A stretch of 64,000 bases of DNA from Raja brachyura. Taxonomy: Eukaryota. The stretch lies in NCBI GenBank assembly GCA_963514005.1, contig OY740824.1, positions 5,456,001-5,520,000 of the forward strand. The letters run 5' to 3'. The position numbers and the translations under genes were made by a program. Position 1 is the stretch's first letter. Each line of letters begins with the position of its first letter. Positions 24,971 to 38,900 of this stretch are shown here, piece after piece. The notes beneath the pieces were generated by a model, which ran no database searches, was not told where the DNA came from, and worked only from the letters and a program-made list of their open reading frames with translations.

Positions 24971-27900
24971 ATGGAGTTTAAAGTGGAGGATTTTTTGAAG
25001 CTCCTAGTCGGGAGTTGTTCGACAAATGTATGAAGGAGCAGTTGTTAGTGCTGGCAGAGAGCTATAAGGTGCCTATTGATAAGCATTCGAAGAAAGAAGC
25101 TATAAAGTCGGTGTTATGGCCTGCGTTGAAGAGGAGTGAGGTATTGCCTGCTGAGGCAGGCAGTCCTCTAGCTTCTACACAGCCTGGTCAGGAAATGGGG
25201 GACCTCATTCGATTGAGGGAGTTGGAGCTTGAAATGAAAAAGGAGGAGCTGGCAACGGAAAAGGAGGAGAGGGCCTTAAGAGAGAAAGAGCTCATGCTCA
25301 AATTAAAGCTTGAAATGAAAAAGGAGGAGAGGGCCTTAAGAGAGAAAGAGCTTGAGATTGAACACCTCGAGATACGGGAGAAGGAATTGAATGCCTCCCG
25401 AGTTTCTTCTGGGGAAAGGGAGTTTGATATGAGCAAGAACATCCGTCAGGTTCGCCCGTTTAATGAGAATGATGTGGACAAGTATTTCGCAGTGTTTGAA
25501 CGTGTGGCTTCGTCCTTGAAGTGGCCTAGGGACATGTGCTCCTTGCTCTTGCAGTGTGTCCTTGTGGGTAAAGCACGGGAGGTGTATTCGTCTTTATCTC
25601 TTTGCAACAGGCGGGACTATGAGTGTGTGAAGTCTACGGTATTAAGGGCTTACGAATTAGTTCCAGAGGCGTACCGGCAGAAGGCCCAGCGCTTTAGGAA
25701 GTTTGATAGTCAGTCCTATGTGGAGATTGCTTCGGAGAAGGAGGCATTTTTTGAGAGGTGGTGCGCTTCTCAAGGTGTGAAGGATTTTTAGCTGCTGCGG
25801 GCCTTGATGATTATGGAAGGTTTTAAGAACTGTCGCCTTGAGAGGGTTGCTACTTACCTTAATGAGCAGAAGGTGACGGAGGTGTCTAAGGCCGCGGTGT
25901 TAGCAGATGAGCATGTATTGACTAATAAAACTGAGTATTTTGGGCGATCCTATAGCTTTGGTGCGCGGCCAGTTAATCGTGGTGGTGTCACCGGTGGCAG
26001 TGTCAAAGCTGCTTCTGTGCCTGCAAGTGTCAGCACAGTGATACAGGGGGAGGTCCGAGCTGATAAGGTTGACGGAGATCTCAGGACCAAGGAATGTCCT
26101 GTGTGCTGCTATTGTAAAGGGAGCGGGCACATCTAAAAGTCGTGTCCCGTCCTGCACAAGAAAAATGCAAAGCCTGTGGTTTTGGTGGGTAGACAAAAAG
26201 CACCTGTGGTTCCTGGGATGCCTGCGTCTGATGCGTGTAGTAATTATTCTGCGTTCATCACGAAAGGTCATGTTTCTCTAGAGGATGGGTGTCACAGAGT
26301 TCAAGTATCCATCTTGCGTGATACTGGTGCTACTCAGTCCTTTATATTGTATAGTGTACTGCTGTTTTCTGGAGCGCCATCGGTTGGGTCCGGTGTCCCT
26401 GTGGTAGGATTCGGGTTGGAGGACATGGTAGTGCCTTTGCATACCGTGAGTCTTGAGTCCGAGTTGGTTTCAGGCCGGGTAATTGTTGGGTTACGGCCGT
26501 TTTTTCCCGTTGCGGGAGTTTCTGTGATTTTGGGGAATGACTTGGCAGGAGGTAGATTTTTCGTTACTCATGAGGTGACGGCTGTTCCGGTGGTGCAGAG
26601 TCCTGTTGATTGGCTATGCAGCATCCGACGGTCTTCACATCTTGTGCTGTCACGAGGGCTATGGCTAAGATGGGGTATTGTCTGAAAGCAAAAGAGTGTT
26701 CCAGGTTTATCGGATCTGTTCGACTGCGCGGTACCTGAGGGCGATATGGATTCCACAGCAAAGGAGTATTTCCTGAGGAATGGCTTACTGATGCGAAAGT
26801 CTTGGATATGTCAGGGCATGATGATTGGAGCGTGGTTGATCAGATTGTGATACCCCGTCGGTTTAGGGACGAGGTACTCAGTTTGGCTCATGGTGGACCT
26901 CTGGGTGGACATTTAGGGGTCAATAAGACGTATGACCGTATCTTACGGAATTTATTTTGGCCAGGGTTGAAAAAGGACGTGAAGCAGCACTGTAGGTGTT
27001 GTCACATTTGCCAGGTGGCAGGAATGCCGAACCAATCAATTGTTCCTGCGCCTTTATATCCAATGCCTGTGGTCGGGGAGCCGTCTGAACGGATTCTAGT
27101 TGATTGGCTGGGTCCTCTACCTCAGACAAGGGTGGGCAACAAGTTTTCATTGACTATTATGTGTGCGTCTACCCGCTTCCCGTATGTGGTCCCTTTGCGT
27201 TACATTACTGCCCCTGCCATTATGAAGTCTCTCACTAAGTTTTTTTCGTTGTTCGGTATGCCCCAAGGTTGTGCAGAGTGTCCAAGGTTCCAACTTCATG
27301 TCAAAGGTTTTGGTCAGGTAATGAAGTTGTTGGATATTGAGCATTGTTACTCCAGTGCGTATCATCCTGGAAGCCAGGGAGCTCTCGAGCGCTTTCACCA
27401 GACTTTGAAATCTATGTTGAAGACTTACTGCCTGGAGTATGAAAAAGGCTGGGATGAGGGGGTTCATCTAGTTATGTTTGCGGTGCGTGAGGTCGTGCAG
27501 GAGTCTTTAGGGTTTAGTCCTGCTGACCTGGTGTTCGCGCATACTGTTCGTGGCCCGTTGAGGGTCCTGAAGGAGAAATGGCTGCAGGAGAATTCAAAAC
27601 GTAGTATTTTAGACCACGTCTGTTATTTTAGGTCTAGACTACGGAGGGCATGCGAACTGGCAATGGGTAATCTTGCTACTGCTCAGTCAAGGATAAAGGG
27701 CTGGTTCGACAGGAAGGCTTGTAGTAGGAATTTATCTCCAGGTGACAAGGTCCTGGTGCTGTTGCCTATTCCTGGGTCCAGTCTGCAGGCTCGGTATAGT
27801 GGTCCCTATCAGGTGGTTAAGAAGGTTGGTGCAAGGCATTACGTTATTGGTACCCCTGATCGGAGGCGCAAGACTCAGCTCTGTCATGTCAACATGCTGA

Positions 27901-29448
27901 AGCAGTACCATCAGCAGGAGCATGTGCAGGTTAATGGGGAGCAGCTGTGTCCTTCGGTTTTGCCTGTGCCAGTTTTGGCTGTAGCAGTGCTGCCCCCTGA
28001 CACTGGGGTGATGTGGGTGAGGCACGGTTGTCTGTGGCAGTGATGCAGGGAAAGCTGTGCAACTCTGAAGCTTTGGGGTCGCTTCGCTTGCAGTTGTCTC
28101 AATTGCCTGGAAGTCAGCGGGATGATCTGCTTGCTTTGGTGGGGTCAAATGGGTCACTGCTTTCCGATGTGCCTTCTCAGACGTCTGTGCTGCAGCATGA
28201 CATTGACGGGGCCGGTGCTGCGCCAATTAAACAGCATCCGTATCGGGTCAATCCTGACAAGCGTCATCGCCTAAGAGGTCAGGTTGACTATATGCTGCAG
28301 CATGCAATTGCTGAACCTAGTTGTGGTCCGTGGAGCTCTCCGTGTCTACTGGCTACGAAGGCTAATGGGGAGGACAGATTTTGCACGGACTTTCGGAGGT
28401 GAATGGTGTAACTAAGCCGGATTGCTGTCCTCTTCCACGGATGCAGGATTGCGTGGATCATGTGGGAAGTGAATCTTTTGTGTCTAAGTTGGACTTGCTG
28501 AAAGGGTATTGGCAAGTTCCTTTGACTAGGCGGGCGAGGGAGATCTCAGTGTTCGTTACGCCTGATAACTTTCTTCAGTACACGGTAATGGCATTTGGAA
28601 TGCGCAATGCGCCGGCAACCTTCTAACGGTTAGTGAACGTGGTATTGTCTGGTTTGTCCTTCTGTGAAGCATACCTTGATGATTTAGTTGTGTGCTCCAG
28701 GTCTTGGATCGAACACATCGGTCATCTGAAGGAGGTATTTTATCGTCTAGCGGAGGCAAACCTAATGATCAATCTGGGGAAGTGTGAGTTTGGCCAGGCC
28801 ACGTTGACGTACCTTGGTAAGATGGTGGGCCGGGGTCTGGTTCGCGCTCTCGAGGACAAGGTGGGACATATTGTCGCATTTCCTGTTCCAACATCTAGGA
28901 CTGAACTCCGTAGGTATCTGGTTATGTTTGGGTACTATAGGGGGTTCTGTCCAAACTTCTCTGCAGCGGCTGCTCCGTTGACGGATTTGCTGAGTCCGAA
29001 GGTAGATTTGTGTGGTCCACTGAGTGTCAACAATCCTTTGATGACACTAAAGGTCTTCTGATGCCGCACCTGTGCTTGCGGCACCTGATTTTGAGCGTCC
29101 ATTTGAGCTGGCAGTGGATGCTAGTGACAGTGGGGTTGGTGGGGTTCCTATACAGGATGATTCAGATGGGGTGGGGCATCCAGATTTGTACTTTTCTAAG
29201 ACGTTTAATCCCCATCAGTGGTGGTACTCCACTATTGAGAAAGAACCCCTTGCTGTATTAATGTCCCTGAGTCATTGCGAGGTTTATGTGGGCTCCTCGA
29301 ATGCCCCGTCATCGTATTCACGGATCATAACCCTATGGTTTTTTTTTGTAGAACATGAAGAATATGGCAGCTGCAAGAATACAACCTGGAGTTCAGGCAC
29401 ATCAGGGGCAAGGATAATATCTTGGCTGACGCCTTGTCGCGCCAGTAG
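24971..29448 (+). pseudogene. Disrupted gag-pol of the Gmr1-type element
   Basis: Successive + strand ORF fragments 25015-25791, 25804-26136, 26176-26685, 26802-28043, 28013-28402, 28381-28626, 28633-29061 and 29072-29491, separated by stops and frameshifts. Confidence 0.85.
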
Positions 29449-29824
29449 TGTTTTAGTACTTAGTACGGCGAATCATCGGACGCTTAAATAGCAGTAGATC
29501 TCAGAATTCTCTCTCTTCTTCTCCGACCCTGACAAGTGAACAGGCTGCCGATCTGCGTTGCAGGAGGCATGGCGTAAAACTTTGTCTATTGTTACCTATA
29601 TTTGTCATTTAATGTTGTATTGGGACGGATAAGGGCTGACCTGAGGGTTTTCGTGTATTTCGTTGCAGGGTTATCTCTATATAGGCAGGATTAGAGACTC
29701 CAGTTCTACGGTCCATTGCGAGGCTGGCTGGAGCACATTTATATTTATATGTTAGTCGATTCTTGTCCCCGACTGTATTGTTTAAATCAGGTTCGGGACT
29801 TTTGTCTTCTTTTAACAAAATTAA

Positions 29825-31484
29825 ATTAAATTAAATTCAATTCAATTCAATTCAATTCAAGTTTAATATCATTGCACAAATACAAGTATAGGTACAACGA
29901 AATGCAGTTTAGCGTTGTTCTTAGTGATAGCGATATAGAAAAATAAATACAGAGTGCAGTGGTAGCAATATGGAAAATAAATAAATACAGGGTACAGACA
30001 AGTCTATCAGCTGGGCTCCGAGTTCAGCAGTCGGATGGTGTAGTTGAAGAAGCTGTTCTTCGTCCTACTGGTGCGGGACCTGAGGCTCCTGTACCGCCTC
30101 CCTGATGGGAGGAGGGCAAACAGTCCATGATTAGGGTGTGAGGGGTCCTTGATGATCTTCCCCCCGCTTCAGGCACCGTTTTCGGTGGAGGGCATCCAAG
30201 GCAGGGAGCGGGGCACCGATGATGTACTGGGCGGTTTTCACCACCCGTTGAAGTGCCTTCCTGTCTGCCACGGTGCAACTGCTGTACCATACCGTAAAGC
30301 AGGTGGTCAGGATGCTTTCGATGGTGCAGCGGTAGAAGTTCGTCAGGATCTGGGGGGACAGGTGGGCTTTTTTGAGCCTCCTCAGAAAGTAAAGGCGCTG
30401 CTGTGCCTTTTTGATTAGCTTTGAGGTGTTGAGGGACCAGGACAGATCCTCCGAGATGTGTACCCCGAGGAATTTGTAGTTGGAGACCCTCTCCACCTCA
30501 GTCCCGTTTATATGGATGGGGGTGTGTCTGCCCCCTCTGTTCTTCCGAAAGTCAACAATTATTTCCTTCGTCTTCTGGGAGTTGAGGACGAGGTTATTGT
30601 TGGCACACCAGGTAGTCAGGTGCTGGACCTCCTCCCTGTAGGCTGATTCGTCATTATCACTGATCAGTCCTACCACCGTGGTGTCATCGGCAAGTTTTAT
30701 GATGGCGTTGGAGCCATACTTGGGGATGCAGTCATGCGTGAAGAGGGAGTAGAGGAGAGGGCTGAGCACACAGCCCTGTGGCACGCCGGTGTTCAGTGTT
30801 ATAGTGGAGGAGGTGAGGTTGTTGACCCTAACAGACTGTGGTCTGTTAGTGAGGAAATCCAGTGTCCAATTGCAGAGGGAGGTGGAGATGCCAAGACCGC
30901 TGAGTTTGGTGATCAAGCTAGCGGGTATGACAGTGTTAAAGGCAGAGCTGAAGTCAATAAACAGCAGCCTGATGTAGGTGTTGTTGCTGTCCAGGTGGGT
31001 CAGTGCAGAGTGTAGGGCCGTCGATATGGCGTCCTCTGTAGACCTGTTTGACCGGTAGGCAAATTGGTGGGAGTCCAGTGTGGGGGGGAGGCTGGCTTTG
31101 AGGTGAGCCAGGATCAGCCGCTCAAAGCACTTAGCGATGACAGGGGTGAGTGCCACTGGCCGGTAGTCGTTGAGACTCCCTGTCGCTGATTGTTTGGGCA
31201 CTGGCACAATGGTAGATGTCTTGAGGCAAGTGGGGACGACACCCTGGGCCAGTGACAGATTGAAAATGTCAGTGAGGACCAGGGATAGTTGTCCGGCACA
31301 TGCCCTGAGCCCCCGCCCGGGGATGCCATCGGGGCCGGCAGCTTTGTGCTCATTCACCTTGCTCAGTGCGTCTTGTACAGCAGAGGTGGAGAGACTGAGG
31401 GGTTGTTCATTCGGGGGTGGAGCAACTTTGATGGCGGGAGTTTTGTTGTCCCGGTCAAAGCGAGCATAGAAGTGGTTTAGCTCT
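29825..31484 (-). mobile_element. 5'-truncated Rex1/Babar LINE nested in the Gypsy 3' LTR; RT ORF 30131-31357 largely intact
   Basis: [64 protein letters not shown]; (TTGAA)n tail at about 29835-29860; LTR sequence resumes near 31503. Confidence 0.9.
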
Positions 31485-34164
31485 TTTCATGACTATTTTG
31501 TTAGACTATTTTCTTAAACTTGAACCTGGTTTTTGATTATGTTACGTGACTCTGAGATACCTGCCTTCGGGACTCGTAACAGTCAGTGACATCCTGGATC
31601 CTGGCACCAGGAAAGCAGCACACCATCCTCGAATCCCGTCTGTGGCCGCAGAAACCCCTCTCCGTATCTCCCACAATGGAGTCTCCAACTAGAATGGCGT
31701 TGCCTGATGTTGGCCTCTTTGGTTTTGGCTCAACAGCCGCTCAGTGTTTTAACGTTTTCTGTCCCGTCAGCTTCTAAGTGGGTGTACCTGTTGACAAGAG
31801 GTTCAACGCCCGGAGACCTTTGCATTCCAATTTTCCCTCCCTTTCCCACCGTCACCCACTTTTTCCTTCCAGTACCTTCGGTGTAACAATCTCACTGTAG
31901 GATTTGTCGAGGAACGACTCTGCTTCTCGGCCGAACCTGAGGTAATCCAATTGCTTCTCCAATCCCCCAACACGGTCTTTCAGGAGCTGTACCTGGATGC
32001 ACTTTTCACATTTGTAGCCGTCAGAGGCACCAGAAGTGTCCTTGACCTCCCACATACTGCAAGCATCACACTAAATCAGCTTGCTTGACATCGCCATCTT
32101 TCGTCTCTCCCCCAACAGCATTTTCCGTAGCCTCCTCTCCTCAGCCTCCTCGCCGAAGGCCCTGGAGACAAAGACTATCACTTTTCTCACAGGGCACTTT
32201 CCTCTCAAGGCTGCTCCTCACTGCCGCTCCCCAAGAGCTGTCTTGCTTATACTGACTGATAAATTGCCTAATTTACCAATTTACAAACCAAATTCCTCAG
32301 TTTTCACCTGTTTTCCCCCTCTGACTCACTTCTAACTCTCCTCCCACTCGGGCTGGAGCCAATCAGTGGTCCTGGGAAATAGATGGTTGGACATTTGTTT
32401 TAGAAAGCAAAATATCTTTCCTCTCAACCTGTACATAAAATATTTCCTCTCAAACTGCATCATCAAATCTCCAATAAATGAACTGCTCAGAAGAACGGGT
32501 AATTAACAAGCTTCAGTGTGCGTTCAGTCAACACTCTGGGTGCAGTGAGTTGTACCTCATAGGCTGTGATGCAGTTCCCAATAATACAGATCACAATGTT
32601 ACATTGAACGACACATTAACAATTTCCTACTGTTGACCACCGCTTGGTATTTATAGTGGAAGTGAGAATACTGCTATTCTTGTCATTGATAAATGTGGTG
32701 GCTGGTGGATTTGTCCAGGGTTCGATTAGTTTGTTAGCGGAGCGCGGAAAGGCTTCGTGTCATATGTTTTAAATTAAATACGCATAATCAGTGATTTCAT
32801 GGCAGACGCAGACACAGTGGGTAGAATATACTTCGGTATTATACGACTCTATGGAGCAGATACTGTAAAGTCAAATCCAGACCTAGAGCCAGATTACTGC
32901 TTCTACACCGTCCCATCATGCACCACCACGCTCTATGCAGTACCGGTGTAAACTAGTACACGATTCTGTGGACTGTCTGAACACGCACGTTTAATAGAGA
33001 AGCAGCGAGGTCGATCGAACTGTGGAACCTCGCCACTCTGTGGGCTCCATCAATGGAACACAGTCTGGGAATCAGCGTTCAGATGGTCAAGAGAGATGGG
33101 AAGCTTTTCCTCAGTTACAGGGATAATAGTAATAAATATTCGCCCACAAACATGCTGAGACTCAGACATTGGGTATGTCCTGTCCTTGATGTTCAGGGAA
33201 GTTCACGTGGCTTCGTGCAGGACAATGATGCAGAAGTAATGAATTCGATTGATGCATCTGTCCTGCTGTTTATTATGTTATTACTTAAAACAGAGAATGA
33301 AGGCCATGCAACAAGTTTTCCGTCGCATCTTGGTGAATATTCTCCCATCTTTCTAGATGTGGTAAAATAGTTTAATAAGTCAATAGTTTGACAGTCCTTT
33401 ATTGTCACGTGTACACTGAGATTCATTGAAATTTGATGCTGCCATACAAACATACAAACAAAAGTAACAACATACAAAGTTACATAAAAACGTAAACATG
33501 AACAGCCGCCATAACGGCGTGCGAGAATCCCAAGTCACACCCAGTAGGCGGATAGCCACAGCCGTCAGTCCCGTGTCCGGGCCACACACACGCTCCACCG
33601 TGATGTGACCAGAGTTGCACCTACCGTTTGTCGCTCTCTCTGACAGAAAGCCGTCCGCACTCGCACCAGTCTCCAGGTCACTCCCGTGTTATGACGTCCC
33701 CGCAACACCGAGACCACGCACTCACGGCAATCCCTCCGAGTCCCCACCAGCGCAGTTTGACTATAACAAACAAGTTCAGATAATTGGGATCTCTTGAATA
33801 CACATTAAGGTAAGTCAAATCACATTCCACATTTGGCGACCAGTACATCAATGCATTTAGAAATGCTGTTTCTATCTTTTCATTGGAAAGCAATTTATTA
33901 TAGATCCATCTTGCGCACGGAGACCTCGCATTCCTCACTGTGACGGGAGGCGAATAAATTTCACGTTCTTCCTACTTCAAATGCCGGTTGATAAAGAATT
34001 TCCCCACATATTGTCGCAGCAAACATTTCCAGCATAATACCGCTGGCAAATTACTCAACACCTCCCTGAACGATAGATCCATGTTCAGTGATTTAGATTA
34101 CTTTTAGATTAATGTGTGGATCAATAAATAAAGCAGGATTAAGAATTACGTTCAGTCAGAGAAG

Positions 34165-34470
34165 ACTATGGCGCCACAGTGCCGCAGCTGGAAGAACTGC
34201 TGCCTCACAAAGCCAGAAACATGCATTCGATCTCGACCCCAGATGTTTCTGTGTGTGACGTTTGCACATTCTCATTTGACAGTATACGTCTCGTCCGAAT
34301 GCTCCGGTTTTCCCCGACATTCCATAGACATAATGATTTATCGGTCAATTAAGCTCTGTAAATTATCCCTAGTGTACCGGATGTGGCTGGGGAAAGTAGA
34401 TTACATCACTCTGACGAAAGGCTGACCAAATGGCCGGCGTGGACCAGTTCGACCAAAGTGCCCGTATCCT
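34165..34470 (+). mobile_element. Degenerate V-SINE, unit B copy
   Basis: Paralog of 5348-5655. Confidence 0.5.
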
Positions 34471-35844
34471 GGAGTCATAGATTCGTGGAGGGGTACAGCA
34501 CGGAAACAGGAACTTCGGCCCAACCTTCCCCCCACGACCAACATGTCCCAGCTACACTAGTCCCATCTGCACGCGTTTGGCCCTTATCCCACTAAACCAT
34601 ACCTCTATGTATCTGTCTAACTGTTTCTAAAAGGGTGGGAGAGCTACTGCATGTTCAACCTCCTCTGGGAGCTTGTTCCATGCACCCACCAACCTTATTG
34701 TGAAAAAGATCCCCCTCATATTGATATAAAATCGTTTCCCCTTCGCCTTAACCCTAAGTCCTCTGGACCTCAATTCACCTACTCTAGTCCTACCAAATCA
34801 ATTTCCCTCGTGATTGTATACACCTCTATGTGATCACTCCGCATCCGCCTGCACTCCAAGGAATAGAGTCCCAGCCAGCTCAACCTCTCCCTATACCTCA
34901 GACTGTCTGGTCCTGGCATCATTCTCGTAAAACGTTTCCTTCAATCTTACCCTTTCCAGCTAGAAAACACATTTCCATTAACATGTTGCCCTTCGTGATA
35001 TCCATGTTGTAAATTTCATTCACATCAAATGAATAGGTATGATTTTCTTCTGCACAAATTCCCAGCATAGCCTAGTTCGAATATTTTCTCAGCAACTCTT
35101 CAATCGAGGCATTCCGCACTCACAGAAATCACTGTCCTCACAGTCCTTTCATCTCCTCTGTCGCAGCTTTTTGCACTCGTATTCCTCGTTGTTCAGCCAC
35201 GCTGGTCACAGCCAGAAACGAGACATGAATGTGAAGTTGGAAGCAATGATTTGAATGTTGAATGCCGAATGTGGGTAAGGCTGCAGGGGTGGAGTCCAGG
35301 GTTTTAGGTCAGGAATAATATCTCAGCCTGCATACGCTCCGACTGTCAAAGTTCATGTCCACACATCCGACATCTACTCGCTTTCATTTTCCCGCTTTCA
35401 AATCAACCGTCCCAGATTCTACCACTTATCTGTACAGTGGCGGGAACGGCAATGGACAATTCACTAATCGGCAGGTACATATGAATCGTGGTCACCCGTG
35501 GAACCCCACGTAGTCACGGAATCGGAACGACACTTGTACTTTAGGTAGTGTTTAAGAGGCTCACCAACATCTCTACCGCTCACTCCACAACGCATTCAAA
35601 CACTCAAACTCCCGATGCAGAGCTGAATATGAAAGCGCGGAAGAAGACGTTATTCTCTGCATGCAGTGACCACAGATTCAGAGAAACAGGGCAGTGCAAC
35701 TATAATACCAGTTAGTGAAATCATGTCATGTTCAGACACATTATTGGTCATCCACACTCACATAGAATGCTCTGAAGAATGCACGTGCCCGAAGACAGGC
35801 GGAGAAACACAAGCACAGAAACACGTGATTGTGTTGGCTTTGCT

Positions 35845-35918
35845 GGCGGCCGGGCTGCCTCACTCGCGGCCGGGCTGGGTCTCTCACAGCCGGGCTGGGT
35901 CACTCGCGGCCGGGCTGG
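35845..35918. repeat. Short version (about 4 units) of the 20-bp GC-rich minisatellite
   Basis: gcggccgggctg units at the position paralogous to 7062-7466. Confidence 0.85.
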
Positions 35919-38900
35919 AGGCTCGGCTGTCGTCGATGGCGGGTGCCGGACCTCTCCGTGGGCTGCATGGTACTGGACCCCCACCCGATGCCGGTGGCGG
36001 CTGCTGGGCCTGGCCGTGGGCTGCACGGCTCTGGAAAGCGTTCCAGGTAAACTGACACCGTCGCTGTCCTGTTGGTTAGGATTCTAACTTCCAGCTGCAC
36101 TGTTCGGTGACCCTTACTGCCCCGTGTGTTTTTGTTGCCCTCTTGTTTCCCGTTCCGACTTCTTTTCTTTGGCGACAATTCAAATACAATTTGGCGCCAG
36201 ATCGTCTTGCTTGGTGCCGTTCCAATTTGAGTCGCGAAATACAAACACTTTTTAAACGTTTTTATTTTCTCTTGGCAGCACTCGATCTTCGCTTCTCTGT
36301 TATTTGATCCTCGTCGCCAATTGTTGTGCATTTAGTGCTAGAAACGGACATTAAATAACACGGGAGGTAACTGACAAGCTTCTATATTCTGAACGCCACC
36401 ACGTGTCTCTCCTGCGCATACGTACCATTGCGCAAGACATTATGTATGTTAATTATCTTTCAAACATAACCTTTCTTTAAATTCAGGAGCACAGCCACTA
36501 AATTTGGCTAAATCAGTGATGGAAGGCAATAAAGTTCAGTCATCTTCCTCGTTTGAACACCCGTGGTCGGGGCTAATCCCTCCGCACATGCCGTTGCCGT
36601 CGCTCCGTGGTGACATTTTCACACAAAAAGTGATACGTATGTTGTACAAGCTATCCGAGGAGATGGTATTGGCGAGTACCATTACAGAAGTTAACGTTAG
36701 TTTGGGTAGATCGATGGTAGGAAAGTCTCAGAGAGAGATGGGCTAAACTGAATCAAGCAGGCCGAGTTTAAGTGAGAGCCTTGGCTGGCATGGGAACGTT
36801 GGGCTGAAGGGCTTTCTTCATGCCGTAAACTGCGGGACAGCTAATCTACCAACCAGCGGATATTTGAGATGTTTGACGGAACAGGAACACCTGGGAGAAA
36901 CTCAACTTCTCACAAAGATAATGTACAAAAACTCCACAAGGGCAGCAGCCGTGGTCAGTGCTGAACCGGTTCAGTGTTTCCGTGAGGCAGCAGTTCTACG
37001 AGCTGTGTCGCTGTTGTTGAGAGCAAAGGTCAGTTTGCAGTCGGCGCTGATGGTTGCTGCTTCGAGACCAAACCGACACTCGGGCCCATAAGTGGCAGTG
37101 GACACCGCTGTACAGCACCGAGGAAGCAATGCGAGCAGATATTCTGGATCAGATAACACCCCATCTGTCATCTCAGATGGAGGAGAAGTATCCCAATGTA
37201 TACAGCGTCAAAAACATGAAGTTCTTCTCAGTAAAGGCGGAAAAATATAATCTGCTCTGCCATTCCCGACACCCTCCTCTTCCGACCGATTTGCCTCCAG
37301 CGAGGTGATGCGAGTGTGAAGAGAGTAAACATGGGATGCATGAAAGGTGCGGCGTTTTGCCGGCACTAACAAAGTTGAATGATGCAGCATCTCTGTCATT
37401 TTGTGAAACTTCATATCTCTCTGTTACTCATCTATTTCTTATTGTTGTTTTTATCAAATATGGACTTTGGTAAGATTGCGATCGCAATTTCCTAATTTGT
37501 TGGAGCAAACATCTATTAATAAAGCACAGCTGATCGTTTCCATCGTTTCACCCCAAACAGCTGCATCGCATATATACATAGTCATTGCTCTGCTAGAATT
37601 CCCCTTGCTGTAGACAGCGTGTAGCTTACACATACTCGAAATCATTTCCTCAGAATACCGATGATTTTCAGTCGACTTTCTCTTCAACAGACCACAGTCT
37701 GTTTGAATTGGCAAAACACTTCTTCCACATAACCATCAGTACGGGGGGACCTCAAGCTGTGTGCGCAGCCTCCATATTCTATCCACTCTCTCCTCACGAC
37801 AGTTTAGCTTGACACAGTGTGAACTCTATCTTCAAGTTCTCCGACGTTACTACCGTTGTTGGACGAATTACAGATGATGATGAGTCAGAGCATTGAGGTG
37901 AGATCGATCGACTGACCAAGTAGTGCCAGCACAACAACGTGGTTCTCAATATCAATAAGACCAATTATCTGATCGATGAATGGTAGTGGAAGGACGTGGT
38001 CCCTCAAACCTGTCTATATCGAGATAGTGGAGAGAGTCCTAAGTATCAGATTCCTTTGCGTGCATATGTCCAATGGAAGTAAGTATTCAGGTACAGCAGA
38101 CGGTGAAGAAAGTAATTGGCATGTTGGCCTTGATAACAAGAGGAGTTGAGTATAGGAGCAAAAGTGTACTTCTGCAGTTGTACACGGCTCTAGTGAGACC
38201 ACACCTGGAGTATTGTGTGCAGTTTTGGTCGCCCAATTTGAGGAAGCACTTTCTTGGTATTGAGGTTGGCGGGAATGTCATATGTTGATAGAATGGAGCG
38301 GCTAGTCTTGTATACTATGGAGTTGAGAAATATGAGAGGGAATCTTAATGAAACATATAAGATTATATAGGGGTTGGACACGCTAGAGACATGAAACATG
38401 GTCCCGATGTTTGGGGAGTCCAGAACCAGGGGCTACAGTTTAAAAATAAGGGACAGTCCACTTAGAACGGGGATGAGGAGAAATGTTTTCACACAGAGGG
38501 TTGTGAGTCTGGAATTCTCTGCCTCAGAGGGTGGTGGAGGCTGGTTCTCTGTATATATGCAAGAGAGATCTAGGCTGAGCTCTTAAAGAGAGCGGAGTCA
38601 AGGGATATGGAGAGAAGACAGGGACTGGGTATTGATTATGGATCATCAGCCATGATCACATTGAATGACGGTGCAAGCTCGAGTGACCGAATGGCCAACT
38701 CCTGCACCTATTGTCAATTGTCTATTTTCAATTGATGCAATTATCACGAAAGCTCATCAACGCCTCTACTTCCTGAGAGGAAGCATGTAGGTACCGAATA
38801 TCTGTGATACGGGACAATAACTGATGATCAGAAGGTATATTCATCTGTAGTGGGTGGTTTACGTCTCGCTCTCACTTGACACTATAGATGGGGAATATAC

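Larger units (their letters stand above)
24312..31581 (+). mobile_element. Gmr1-clade Ty3/Gypsy LTR retrotransposon (gag-PR-INT-RT-RH order), degenerate provirus
   Basis: 5' LTR (5'-deleted) to about 24810; gag YELVPEAYRQK and zinc knuckle CCYCKGSGH; protease RDTGATQS; integrase HHCC, core and GPY (26802-28043) upstream of RT (LDLLKGYWQVP, YLDD) and RNase H (AVDASDSGVG, STIEKE); 3' LTR about 29466-31581 ends cgtaaca followed by a TSD-like GTCAG. Confidence 0.9.
21390..32350 (-). mobile_element. Degenerate CR1 LINE, unit B copy (21390-24311 and 31582-32350), interrupted by the Gypsy provirus
   Basis: Short-repeat tail (atagaaacatagaaa on +) at 21391; GVSQGSVLGP, KFADDTKLGG and MWEVKDTSGASDGYKCEKC remnants; paralog of 1-4423. 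Confidence 0.85.
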
